Shown here piece after piece: positions 1 to 12,921 of a stretch of 64,000 nucleotides of DNA (position 1 is its first letter; each line of letters begins with the position of its first letter). Origin of the DNA: Azolla caroliniana. Taxonomy: Eukaryota; Plantae; Polypodiophyta. The position numbers were made by a program, and so were the translations under genes. Below the pieces are notes generated by a model, which ran no database searches, was not told where the DNA came from, and saw nothing but the letters and a program-made list of their open reading frames with translations. The DNA lies in the NCBI GenBank assembly GCA_043228905.1, contig JBHGNT010000003.1, positions 6,572,001 to 6,636,000 on the forward strand. The letters are read 5' to 3'.

Positions 1-3000
1 ATCATTGGAACGCTCGTTGGCTTTTCATCTTGCAAACAAACTAGCAAATGCAACACTCCTCAGTACACAACTGTTTACACTGTTTTGGGAAACATTAATG
101 GAGGATGTAGAAATCCAGGTGAACAGAAGTTAATGGGTACAGGTTTAAGATTTCATTTTTTGCTCGTTAAATCACTCTGCAGTACTCTCTACAAATATTT
201 ATATATAGGTATACTACACTCAGACTCTGCAGGGCAAGGGTTTTAGTCTTTTTCTGTACTACTGATACATAAAACAAAAACCCCAGCTTGTATAATATCT
301 AGTGAATGCAGAAATTACACTAGACCTAGAGCAAAACACATGTCTCATTATGTTCTAGTTAACTAATGAGAGATGTATTTTTCTATACCTCTAGTGCAAA
401 ACATCTCTCATTATGTGCATTTGCAAGATGAGAACAAGAAGTAGGCAAACACATGCACAGAGGAAATACTCATGTAGGATAAATTGAAGAGGAAATACTC
501 ATATAGAATATTCATCAGGAATTAATCGAATCTCATTCAGAGACTGTCTGTGGGTTTTGTTGAAGTTTTCATTTCATTTGTTTTCTGTCCGGATGACCAA
601 GCAACATGGTATGACTAACTTTTCGTCCTTGAAGCACGACAATGCGTTTTAATTTGCAGAAGAATAATGATGATATGGGATAGATTCATGATGTATATAT
701 CTAGAAGGAAAAGTTGCACTGATTCTGAACTGCTGAGGATTATGGTCTTAGTTATCTTGAATAGAGGGCCTCAAGGATTTCATATGCTTGTGTTTCCTTA
801 ATGAGGAGATAGTCAACACAAACTCAAATTGATTGAAAGATATTACTGTCCACATGATCCATTACGGAGTGGTCTTGAGATTTTACTCTCAGTGACTCAT
901 TAAAGTTTCAAGTTTTCATACATTTTCCATTTTCCACCGGATGTTTAAAATCCGTCCTTTGCATTTGGCTCATTGCGCAAATGTCCAGATGACGATTTCT
1001 GTAATTGAGCAGAGCATCATGTTCCTATACAGGGTACATTCTTGAACGTTCTCACTAACCAAATTTAGGTTTAAGATAACTCCTGTTAACTTCTGCAGCC
1101 TACTTCTAGAGTTTTCTGCTAACCTTTAGTTTCTTCTATCTCTAGGAGTAACTTAACTTAAGTTAACTTGTGTAGACTAACTATAGTTATGTTCTAACCT
1201 TAGTTGAGCACACTAACTATAGTCAAATCTTTCTAATCCAATCATTGCATGAGAAACTGGTATCCATATTATTGCATGATTATATCCTTCTGACCCAATT
1301 GTAGTTGAAGCACCTGGGGGACCATGTTGGCGCACCTTACTTCATTGGGATAACAAGAGTGTCTAGGGGTAACTTAACTTTAGTTAACTTGTGTAGATTA
1401 ACTGTAATTATGTTCTTACCTTCGTTGTGCACACTAACTAGAGTCAAATCTTTCTAATCCAATCATTGCATGAGAAATTGGGATCCATATTAGTGCCTGA
1501 TTATATCCTTCTGACCCAATTGTATTTGTAGCAGCTGGGGGACCATGTTGGTGTACCTTACTTCATTGGGATAACATGAATGTCGAGTAAGCACGATTGT
1601 TTTACATGGATCTAGGCCATTAAAGACCTGCTATGGGGAGAGGTTATGCTTGTGCACACTACGAACGGTCCATGGTCTTCAATGTAGTGCCATGCTGTTG
1701 GAGTTTGTGTGTACATCATGATCTGATCGATGTATTGGACAAGTCTGCTGGATACCTGCCCAGGGAAGAAGTTGCGTGCACAAGGTTAAGTGACCTCAGG
1801 GTCATTATCCTTGGCTAGGGGTTCCATTTGGCACCCTTGCTATGCATATAAGGCTATGGTTGGGAGATTCATGACATTTATCAGAGCTAGATGTTATCAA
1901 TGGGTTGGTATTGCCGCGAGTTGTTTTCCAATGTCTGCATCATATGGTCTACCTCATCTTGCCTACTATATGTTGGTGTCCATAATGCTTAATTCCGTTG
2001 AATTCTGGGAGATCTGCCATCAGCTGTTGCCACCACACTGCCCTGCGGCCATTGTTGCTCATATTGCCATTGATGTCATGTTGCCAACTTCAACACTGTC
2101 GTTCAACTTGGTATCTCCAATTTTTTGTTATGCTTTCACTGCCATAAACCTGCCACATATTCATCTGAGTCAACTCCCCTGTCCAATGTCTTTTTGGGGC
2201 TTGATTTCCCCCATATGCGTCATTACCACCATCTACCTGCCAACGCCACCATCTACAACCTGCCACCATTTGGATCAGGTATGCAACTACTCTTCTTCTT
2301 GAACGCTGCCATGGTGGTTGTCAGTGTCATGGCTTCCATTGTGAGAACTGATGCCTAGTTTCCTGAGTGTTTCCATAGCTACTTTGCGTTCACGCTGTCA
2401 TCATCTACAAGTTGCCAACCCTATTCCAGCACCACTACAGTTGGTCACATGTGTCCAACACCATGGTAGGAGGGTCTCTTGATATACAGGTCCAACATCC
2501 AGTACGAGTAGGAGCAATAGGCAAAAGGCTAAAAGCCTTTGCTCTAGGCCTAACATATAGGAAAGGGATATTGACAGTATGTATGTAGACAATATTGACA
2601 AGTCACATCCTCATTTAAATCCAGTTTACGCATTAAAGCTGGATCAGTATTTGTGGTGAAGTATTGGGGCATGGCAGGGCTGGGGATATTGACAGTATGT
2701 ATGTAGACAATATTGACAAGTCACGTCCTCATTTAAATCCAGTTTGTGCATTAAAGCTGGATCAGTATATGTGGTGAAGTATTGGGGCATGGCAGGGCTG
2801 TAATCTACGAGTACTAAACACACCATGAAGTGTTTATATGTGCATGAAATATGTGATCATGCATGAACTGTTTAATACATATAACATATATCACGAGCAA
2901 AGATGTAGCATGGCAAAAAATTGCACATAGTCAATCATTTACGTACTGTATGGCAAGATATTGCATATGTGTCACTAGATATCCTAGTTAAAAGATGTGA

Positions 3001-5455
3001 AATGTGTTCAAAGTAGGATCACTGCCAATGTTCACACTAAGTGGATGGAGAGATAATTGTTCAAGATAAGAAATTCTTTCCAGAACTCTTTATGAGCAGA
3101 TTTGGTTGTGGTGATTGAGCTCTATTCCAAATAATTCTCTGTGAATGTGTCTATACTCAAGGCAATATGGCATTAGAGCGATGAGAAATTAAGGTTGCAA
3201 ATCTAATGATGAAACTAAGCCAGAGAATCTTATCCTTTCTGAATTTTCCCATATTGTAAACAAGAAATGAGAGAAATTTCAAACTAGAATAAGCATTTGC
3301 AAAGTCTGGAGTTGGAAGTCAAAATTTTATGGTTGCTTCCTAAATATCCATTACATCGATGGCTTTGACAATGAAACAATATCTTCATTATATTATGTGT
3401 CATTATTGTCAAGTGACGTAGTCCTAGATGAAGCAAACTGAGCATTTACCTTGAATTGATGTCTGGCTGGAAAGTCTATTGATGGACTTAGACATGCAAG
3501 GAGAGGATTAGAAAATGCTTGCGACTTGTGTTTGTGAATGGGTGTTTTGTCATTGACTCTAGCCTTGGCATCTCTACCAATGCCGAAACAGAAGCAACTC
3601 TTTTAAAAAATCTGGAAACCCAAAAACAAAAGACTGTTTACACTTCTAAATACTGTTAAGTTTGATGTTTACAAGTGGTAGGCTCCTGGGACAAATTGAA
3701 ATCACATAAAAAGCCTCGTGTGAAAGATTTGTGCATTGAGGTGTGATGTGACAGATACTGAGTGTCCGCTCTTTCCTGAGGAAGCAAACATATTAATTTT
3801 CATAAGTTTGAATAGTCTCCAAGTTTTGGAACCTGAGGCGTGAATCCCAAAGAGATAAACCTGGACTGTTTTTTTGGAGTAAGCATCCTTTTGATTGGCC
3901 ATTAATGCTTAGCATGTTGATTAGCAGATAACATAAATTCCTGGCTGGCTGAGTCACAGGACTTCTTAATTTGATTGATTACCTTTCTAAGTTTTTTCAG
4001 AACTGAGAATATAGATTCTCAAGCAAAATATTACTCACTCTGTTACTTTGCATTCTGGTGATAATGAACCATTAACCTTTATTTGTCAAGCGAGGTAGGC
4101 ACCAAAATATCTCTTATTTTACTATTGTTGGCCAAATACATGGGTTATGGTAAGTATTACTTGTTAAGAGTTTTATGTTGCTTGTTGGATCCTTGGTCAA
4201 TGTCGCGTGATGACTGTAGGTAACTCACTCATAGTATGCACCATATGCACTTGTGTTTCCTCCTAAGACACAAGTCATGGCTGAGGGAGTACCAAGGATT
4301 TTGAACCCAATAGGACTATTTTGTGATTTGTGGATCTTCTTACATGAAAGCAGAGCTTGGAAATGGGGAAAGCCTGAGAAACATCATCCGGGATGATGTC
4401 TGTTTCTCATATGGGGATGATATGTCACGCCCTAATGTATATGAAGTGTCTACTAGACATTTGTTTAGGGGGCTAGGTTGTGTGCACATCGGTTCTGGCA
4501 TCTTTACAAGCGCGTGTGTTATCCACTGTAGAGTCGGGCACCTTTTGGTGCAGGTTGGGAAGTTCATGAGTTTTCATATACTTTCTTCAGTTATGGAGAT
4601 CAATTGCTGGTTTATTGTGATAGTTTCTAGGAATAGAGCACCTATAAATGAACCTGGTTTGGAAACTTTTTCTTACAGGAAGCATTGCGAGAAGATATTA
4701 AGGCCTTCAAGGAGAGGGATCCTGCATGCACAAGCTATGTACATTGTATGCTTAATTACAAGGGGTTCCAAGCTTGTGAATCACATCGAATTGCACATAG
4801 GCTCTGGATACAAGGTCGTTTCTCTCTAGCGCTTGCTTTACAAAATCGGATCTCCGAAGTATTTCAAGTTGACATTCACCCAGGTTGACAATCTTTTGAT
4901 AACCTTAACAATCTGATTAATTATGTACACACATATGCGGTACGTAGAGTATATACCTCGCACGTATATAATATATCCATCCTAATGACACACTCTTTAG
5001 TTTGATAATGTCATGAAACAAAGTATAATATGATGTAGTGGATTTATGGAAATGAATGGTGCACAACAGGTGCTCAGATAGGCAAAGGTATTATATTCGA
5101 TCATGCGACAGGGGTAGTGATTGGTGAGACAGCCGTAATCGGTGACAATGTATCTATCTTGCATCATGTTACCCTTGGCGGAACCGGAAAGTGTTGTGGA
5201 AATAGGCATCCAAGAATTGGCAATGGTGTATTGATTGGTGCTGCTGCCATCTTATTAGGTTCAATAACAGTCGGTGATGGTGCAAAAATAGGTGCATGTT
5301 CTCTGGTTCTCATTGATGTTCCCCCTTATACAACTGCTGTAGGCGTGCCTGCCCAGATATTAGGAAAGGGTGCAAAAGCTTCAAGAACAGTTGGAAAGGA
5401 ATTACCTGCCCTCAGCATGGATCATACATCTTCTATTATAGACTACATAATCTAA
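1..5455 (+). CDS. SAT: Serine O-acetyltransferase (SAT/SERAT), 5'-partial. Coding exons <1-118, 4679-4883, 5070-5455
   Basis: Frame 2 from nt 2 reads SLERSLAFHLANKLANATLLSTQLF (SATase N-domain) to a GT donor at 119. Next exon EALREDIKAFKERDPAC...FQACESHRIAH...VFQVDIHP. Last exon GAQIGKGIIFDHATGVVIGETAVIGDNVSILHHVTLGGTGK...RHP (hexapeptide left-handed beta-helix), ending DYII*. All GT-AG junctions keep frame. Confidence 0.96.
1141..1584. repeat. Direct tandem duplication, 2 x ~221 bp, in SAT intron
   Basis: tctaggagtaacttaactta... at 1141 recurs as tctaggggtaacttaacttt... at 1362, collinear with scattered substitutions. Confidence 0.9.
2565..2800. repeat. Direct tandem duplication, 2 x 118 bp, in SAT intron
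   Basis: gggatattgacagtatg...catggcagggctg at 2565 and 2683, nearly identical. Confidence 0.92.
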
Positions 5456-6713
5456 AAATGGATCTGTAGTGGCGATACAATTATATAGAGCGAGGAATAT
5501 GATGGCGAAAAAAGGAATATGATGTTTGAATAGGTATTGCACCTTGAAGAGGCCAATTTGAAGCTGCATATATTGTACAAGATGTATATATATGAATTCT
5601 GTTGTCAGGATGGAAGAGATGATTGTAATGTAGACTTGCTATTTGTACATTTACACTAGTAATACCTCAAGGCATTCCAATAAGGTAGGAAATCATAGTT
5701 TAAATGGAGATAATTCTCTCGAATGTTTCACTTCCTAACACAGATGTGATAGATATATATACTAAAGTAGTTTCAAGCTTCATCTTTGTATTATTATTGT
5801 TCCAGCAGGTATAATGTATGATATTATTAAGGTGAAAAAAGCTTGACAAGAATCTTGGACATTGGTTTTTGCTATCATATAAAAAGTGATATTCTGCTAA
5901 CGATTGTTTAATCGCTCAAATTAAGTTGTATAGCCACGTACATTTCCTCACATGTACCACCTGCTTGTTTCCCAACAGGTGAACCATGTATATACATGCG
6001 TCTTCAAAGTAATATTTGGCCATCAACATAGGTTCTTCCACTCGGTGAATGCAACTACTATGTTCCATGAGTCCCATTCTATGAATAGCTGAAAAAAACG
6101 CCAATTCCTTGCCTACACCTTGATTAGTGATTCTACCATTGGTTTGAACAATAACTCTGATGGTTTCTCTGATATAATAATTAATATAACCATTGACAAA
6201 ACCATATCCAGATGTACTAATATTTCAATTTACACCTTCATTAAGTTGTAACATTTATCTTTTTGTGATGAAATATGCGTTGAAGTTTTCAGAAAATTTA
6301 TCCTTATCAATAGAAGACTCGGCATGTGTTGTGCCATGTTAATAGTCATCGTGACAATTAAAGCAAATGTACTAAAGGATTATTGGGGTTCTATGCTTAT
6401 CTAATTAGCGGCAGAATATTGGAATTCAATGCTCTTTCTTTGAGTTGACACTTGATCTCTTGCTCTCCCATCCTATACACAATAAATTGTTCTCATGTAA
6501 ACCAACATGAGAGAACTCACTTGTTCTCTCATGTTGCGATGCTCAAGAAAACTCAACTGAGTTCCCTCCCTTCTCATGCAGCTACACCTTAGCAACATCC
6601 GGGTTTGTCTTCCAGATGTTATCAATCTGTGCCACCACACCCACATACTGATTTACATATTTAAATGTACACACACACTCTCTCTCTTTTGCATATATAC
6701 AAGTACACCACAT

Positions 6714-6715
<2 letters not shown>

Positions 6716-6755
<40 letters not shown>

Positions 6756-6933
6756 TTACATGTACACATTCACAACTAAGTCACACATTGCATTTACAAA
6801 AAACAACTATATCTATACTTTCACACTAAAACTTACACTACACATTCATACATATAAGAAACCTATACACATTTGCACCCAACTCTACTTGTACATAAAA
6901 GTACAATCTCTCATCCCCACGTGTGTGTAAATA

Positions 6934-6964
<31 letters not shown>
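6716..6964. repeat. Two (CA)n microsatellites (~6716-6753, ~6937-6964)
   Basis: Direct reading. Confidence 0.9.
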
Positions 6965-6967
<3 letters not shown>

Positions 6968-7756
6968 ATATAATATATACATACATACATATCATCAAGA
7001 GCACGTTCACATGTGGAATCACACACACGACATCTAGGTCAAACTACAAAAGTGACGACATCAAACCCCTTCTTCCTTGGTTCAAGACCCCCTAGGTTCT
7101 ACTCACATTTTCACAAACTTATTTTAGAATCTTACAATATTGTTAGCTTGTTGTTATATGGAATATCTTGAGGTTCCTTTTTTATGAAGCAACATACATC
7201 GATCATATAATTTGGGTCTAATATGATTCACTTTTACTTGTCTTCTCACATTTCTAATTTTATAGACTCAAAACAACGTGCAACATTTATCAGTGTATCA
7301 CTTGGGACTATGGGATAGGTGAGTGACAAGCCATGCCCAACATAATATATCCTCTATGGTTTGGTAAAACTAAAGTTCACACATAATCAAATTCTTGCAT
7401 TTGTAATTTAACCAAAAATACCTACTAGGCCCCCATTACATAGATTATACATACTTGATTCTTGCATCCCTAATCGAACCCTAAATGCTTACTACCATTT
7501 CTTACATAGGTTATACATAATCAATTCTTACATATCTAATTTAACCATAAGCTAAAAACACGATGAATTGCCTACCCTTTTGTTAAGTGCATATATCATG
7601 AATACATGTATTCATACTCAATGTGGACATTTCGAGCTTGCTATCTCATATCAAACGTCTCATTTTATAGGAAATTGTGAATCCTTGTTGATGTTTGCGA
7701 TAAGAGGCTATTGCTTTTGTTCGAGTACGAAGGCCCAATGACAGTGGGTGATGTTG

Positions 7757-8245
7757 GCAACAAGATTGAGCCCTATTGAATGCTTCAACAGTCACCAATG
7801 CGATGGAGCCGTACCAAACACCATAGTTGCGGCAAGCAAGATTGAACCGTATAACTGAATGTTGTCGAGACCACCAGCGAGATGGAGCCCTATTGAATGT
7901 CGCAGTTGCCGCCAACAAGATGGAGCCCTACCGAACGCCGCAATTGCTGCGACATAGAATGGAGCCCTATCGAATGCCGCAATTACTACCAACAAGTTGG
8001 AGCCCGGTCAAATGCCACAATGGGTTGCCAACAAGATGAAGTCCTAACCGAACGTCGTAATTGTTGCCTTAAATATTAAGCTCTACTGAACGTCGTAGTT
8101 GTTGCCAACAAGATGAAGCCCTAACCGAACACCGTAATTGCGAGCAACAAGATTAAGCCCTACTAAACACCGTAAGTTGCTACCAGCAAGCAAGATTAAG
8201 ATCGAGTCCTACCGAGCATTGTGACGAGATGGAAGCCTAGCGAAT
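7757..8245. repeat. Degenerate ~39-bp minisatellite, ~13 units, just upstream of NSN1
   Basis: Consensus approx. CCAACAAGATGGAGCCCTACCGAACGCCGCAATTGCTG. The caagatggag-like core recurs at ~7761, 7800, 7837, 7879, 7916, 7956, 7993, 8032, 8072, 8109, 8148, 8191, 8226. Confidence 0.85.
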
Positions 8246-8532
8246 GTTGTTCACTGCACTGCCCGAAGACGGACGATAAAAGACAGAAGACATCATATAG
8301 GCATTCCACAACCCTAGCTACCCAAAAAAACATACACACTACACTCTCTTCTCTAAAGAATTTGTGTGTGTTTTTTTGTTTTGTTTATGAAGAAGAAAAG
8401 AATACACACAAAACATACAAAACTAATCTCTCTCTCTTTCTCTCTGTCTGTCTCTCACATTCTCTCTCACACACACAATCATTAGAAACTCTTCTTCTTC
8501 GATCCTTCTCTCAGGAAGCAACAACAGCAGCT

Positions 8533-11500
8533 ATGGTGAAGAAGAGCAAGAGTATGTATTCTTCTTCTGATTTTCCGTGTTTTTATTCATTTTTTGGTGT
8601 ATTTCTGTCCTATTTCTCCTTCTTATTACTCCCTCCTACTTCATCGTTCGTCTCCTTATTCTCGTTCTCCTTCTTCTTCTCCCATTGCAGAGAGCAAGAG
8701 CAAACGTGTCCCTTTGAAGAAGAAGTACAAGATCATCAAGAAGGTGAAGGAGCACCACAAGAAGAAAGCGAAAGAAGCGAAGAAGTTGATAGGGAAGAGG
8801 AAGGCTCCCGTGGAGAAGGACCCTGGAATCCCTAACGCATGGCCTTTCAAAGAAGAAGAATTGCAGAAATTAGAAGTGAGAAGAGCTCGAGCTCTCGAAG
8901 AAATGGAGATAAGAAAACAAGCCAAGAAAGAACGTGTAAGTTCCTTTCTCCCTCTCCCACTTCCCCTTCCCTTCTTTCCTTTCTCTTTCTTCTCCTTTTT
9001 TGATTCTTTCTTGTTATTTTGATTCGTTGTTAGTCTCTAGAAAGTGGTATGTTTTATTTTTGAATGCTCATTCTCCATGACGTTTATGCTGCAAGTTTTT
9101 CATTCTTCCATTTAATTTGTTTTTTTATCTTGAATGTTTTTTTCTTCAGTTTCAAGCTCAGAGATTTTACGTCTTTTAGTTAGATTTCAGTTCTTTTGAT
9201 TCTTCAGTTCCACTTGTGTTCTCTTTTTGAGTGTTTTTTTCCCTTGACTTTCATGCTTTGACCTTTTGATGTTTCAATTTCACGTAATTTAACATGCTTT
9301 TAAGTTTCCTTTTCCATTAATAGACCGGAGATGTAGTCTCTGAGAATGCAAAATTTGACGTGATTTCTGAGGATGCAGGAGAGTTTTTGGCCAGTCCCTA
9401 GGAAGTCAAGGTACTCATACATAGGCTTATGTTCCATGGTTCTTGGTAAGCTCTTTTATGAAAAAGCAAGGGAAGTAAGATTGTTCAATGTTATTTTATG
9501 CGGCATTTTTTCAATATAGGTAGAATGTGCTTTTAACATGCAGGGCCTTCTGTCTCTAGACTCTAGAAAATATGCGTTTTTTGGAAAATCTTGCCAAGAA
9601 AAGAAGGGATGAGTTCTTTTTTGGTCATTGTTTTCCAACATTGGATGTAGAATTTAGTGCCTTGAAAGATCATATTTTTTCCAGCATCAAATTTAGAAAG
9701 TAGCTCCTTTTAGAACATAGAGAATGGAGAACATATTTTCAATGTTTTCTAATATGGAAAGCTTTTGGTGGCTAGGCTGAGAAACGGAAACTTGGTCTGC
9801 CTATTGAAGATGAAGATGGACTTGCTAACATGGCGAAGCTTGCTGCTAGTAGGGCCTCACAGTTTGAAAACCAAAGGAAACCCGTGAAGGACAACACAAA
9901 TAATCGAGGTAAGTCAGTATTAAATGATCAACTTCAGTCCTTTGGAAACTGTGTATCGAAAATCTATACATTTTTTCAGAGGGATCGCAGCGATCTTTCT
10001 ACAAGGAGCTGCTAAAGGTGATAGAGGCATCAGATGTTATAATTGAAGTATTAGATGCCCGGGATCCATTAGGAAGCAGATGCAAAGATGTAGAAAGGCT
10101 TGTTGTAAAATCTGGTCCTGGGAAACATCTTATTTTACTGCTCAACAAGATTGGTATGTATTAGAAAGTTTTTCTATTTACCACACATTTCCTTCTAGTT
10201 TTTCAGTTATCTTATTAATAATTTGTCATTCACCTTATTTGGTTATTCATTGTGAAAAATTCCTGCCCTTCTAGTTTTTCAGTTATCGCCTCAATAATTT
10301 GTTGTTCACCCTTTGAATAATTCCTAGTGCTGTTTTAAATTCCTCTCGTCTAGTTTCTAATGACGGCACCACATTTCATCATCTGATGACTGTTTTAATT
10401 TCCTAGTGGATGGTGAATTTTATAAGAAAAATTGTGACTTAAGAAAAGTCTTAAGCATCACGAAATAATTTCACTAAATTTTAAGGTGGCATGAGATATG
10501 GTCTTAGTAATGTAGGTGTAGTATTTTTGGAACTCCCTACACATTTGGCTCATGTGTCTAAAGCTGCCTCTTTGTTTTAGATGCTGGATACAAAACAAGA
10601 TACACTAAAAAAGACTACAATAAGATGATTTGTGAAGTCTTAATAATGATCATATATTTATTAATGCCTTAATGCATGTTTCAAATTCTGTTATGGCATG
10701 CTATATAACTTTTGCATTGATCAAAATTTTATCCGTGTTCTTGTGCAGACTTGATTCCAAAAGAAGTTGCAGAGAAATGGCTGAAGTACTTGAGGGAGGA
10801 GTTACCTACAGTTGCATTCAAGTGTAGCACTCAACAACAGAGGTCTAATCTTGGTCAGAAGCGCAAGTCAAAGTCACTAACCACAGTTACTAGTACGAGT
10901 GAATGTCTTGGAGCAGAAACTTTGCTTCAACTTCTAAAGAACTATTCGAGGAACAACAAAGTAAAAGAATCGAACCAACAATTTCTGCTGCTTGAGTATA
11001 GGATTGCGTATTTTGGAAGAACTGTGAAATACCCCTGAGTTTCTTTATTTCCCCACTGATCCCTATGTTTTCTATGTCTGCTCAAATGATATCTGACAAC
11101 TCCAGAAAGAGAGCAAAAGGGCTAAAATTGACCATATTATTGCTCAAGTAGCACATATAATTGGGTTGCACGTTGAGAAAATAATGAAAACCTGGGGATT
11201 TTTGATGAAATAAATTAAAAGCTTTGGCTTTTTTACAGTTTATCTTGTTTTTTTGTGCTGAATGATTGTTAATGTGATGTTCACAGCTCAAGACAGCAAT
11301 TACTGTTGGTGTTATTGGTCTACCAAATGTGGGTAAAAGCAGTCTGATAAATAGTATGAAGAGGACAAGGGCTGTGAATGTGGGAGCTGTAGCTGGTGTT
11401 ACAAAGGTACTACAAGAGGTTCAACTTGATAAGCATGTGAAACTCCTCGACTGTCCAGGGGTTGTGATGGCTAAAGCAAGTGAAAACGAAGAAGCTGCAG

Positions 11501-12921
11501 TGTTACGAAACAGCAAACGAATCGAGAATGTAGAAGATCCTGTTGGTCCAGGTGAGATGATTCTCTTCTATCATTCATAGGTTACATGTGGAGTTATTAT
11601 GACTTTTATGAAATGCCTCATGAAAAGTTATTGCTGGCAATAGAAGGTTTTTTCTTAAATGGCATCCTTTATAAGCGTGAGGAAATTTGTTGTCTCTAAT
11701 ACAATGCAAATTACCTCTTCAAAGTGATGCAAAATATATGCATAAGTGAATATGTGATATGGCCCATACCACAAGTGAAATTATGTGTTTGCGTTTGTCC
11801 TTGCCTAAAAGCATATACCAGCTTTTGTTGTAGGCTGTACTGTAGCCAAGCTTTTCTATTCTGAATTGTTTTAGCTAAATAGGGACCAAATACTGAAACA
11901 ATAAAGAAATAATCATCTGATTGTAGTGTGCATACATAGATAGCTTTTCAACATATTTTTTTAGTAATGTATTTATTGGATGCTTGTTGTTTACAGTCAA
12001 GGAAATTCTTAGAATATGTCCTCAGGAGAAATTGATGTCAATCTATAAAATCCCAAGCTTTGAGTCAGCAGAAAGTTTCCTGCAGCACTTGGCTCAAGTT
12101 CGTGGGAAGCTGAAAAAGGGAGGGGCATTGGATCTCACAGCAACTGCCAAACTAGTTTTAAAAGATTGGAACGAAGGTGAAAATGAATATTCAAAATTTC
12201 ATTATCTTCTCTTTCTCAGGATCTAGCACCTTGAATAGTGAAGTAATTGCTCATCTTTTCAGGTAAAATTCCTCATTATAGTCTGCCTCCTGCTCGCCAT
12301 CAAGATGAGGATATCAACACTGCAATACTCTCACAGTTCAGCAAGGAATTCAACATCGATGACATTTATCAAAATGAGAGCAGTACACTAATTGCTAGCT
12401 TGCCATCACTTGTAGAGAGTATACATGTAGAGCTACCTGCAAACATCCCAGTATCAATGGAAATCCCTGAATTCAAGGTAATATATTAAAGTGGACTTAT
12501 CATGTTTTTCCTTTCTTATGACCAGGTGACATTCTGTTCTACCTACAGAAATATTTGAAGTATGAACAATTCCTTTCTGTGTCTATAGATGGATGAAGAA
12601 GAAGATGATGAAAATGGTGATGATGCGGACGATGATGGCAATGATGAACAGTCTGATAGATCAGACAATGACGCAGCAGATATGGACACATTGGAGACTA
12701 TAGCTACTAAAGTGAAGGGGACAGCATCTACCCAAAATGAAAAGCTTTATAATGTCGAGGGTATTTTGAATCCTCGGCTAGCCAAAGCACAAAAGAAACG
12801 AAGGAAAAAAGCTCTAAAAAATGTTGAGAAGGACGAAAATAGTGGAAGTGATTATGATTTTGAGGTTGATTATACAGAGAAGAGAGATGATGATGTGGAA
12901 CCAATGATGGGGATACAATGA
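8533..12921 (+). CDS. NSN1: Nucleostemin-like / GNL3 (Nug1) circularly permuted nucleolar GTPase. Exons 8533-8551, 8691-8935, 9776-9908, 9980-10153, 10749-10960, 11287-11551, 11997-12176, 12263-12477, 12589-12921
   Basis: Basic N-terminus [29 protein letters not shown]...[13 protein letters not shown] (GN3L_Grn1), [15 protein letters not shown]4 NKID before G1 GLPNVGKSS and G3 DCPG (permuted order), DWNEGKIP, acidic tail with SDYDF. All eight introns are GT-AG and in frame. Confidence 0.96.

Noticed and set aside
1633-2400. ORFs inside the SAT intron as a nested gene
   Set aside because: No recognisable domain or consistent splice signals; probably decayed TE sequence
7757-8245. Regularly spaced ~39-bp repeats resembling a CRISPR array
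   Set aside because: Units are contiguous and degenerate with no unique spacers; eukaryotic context and no cas genes
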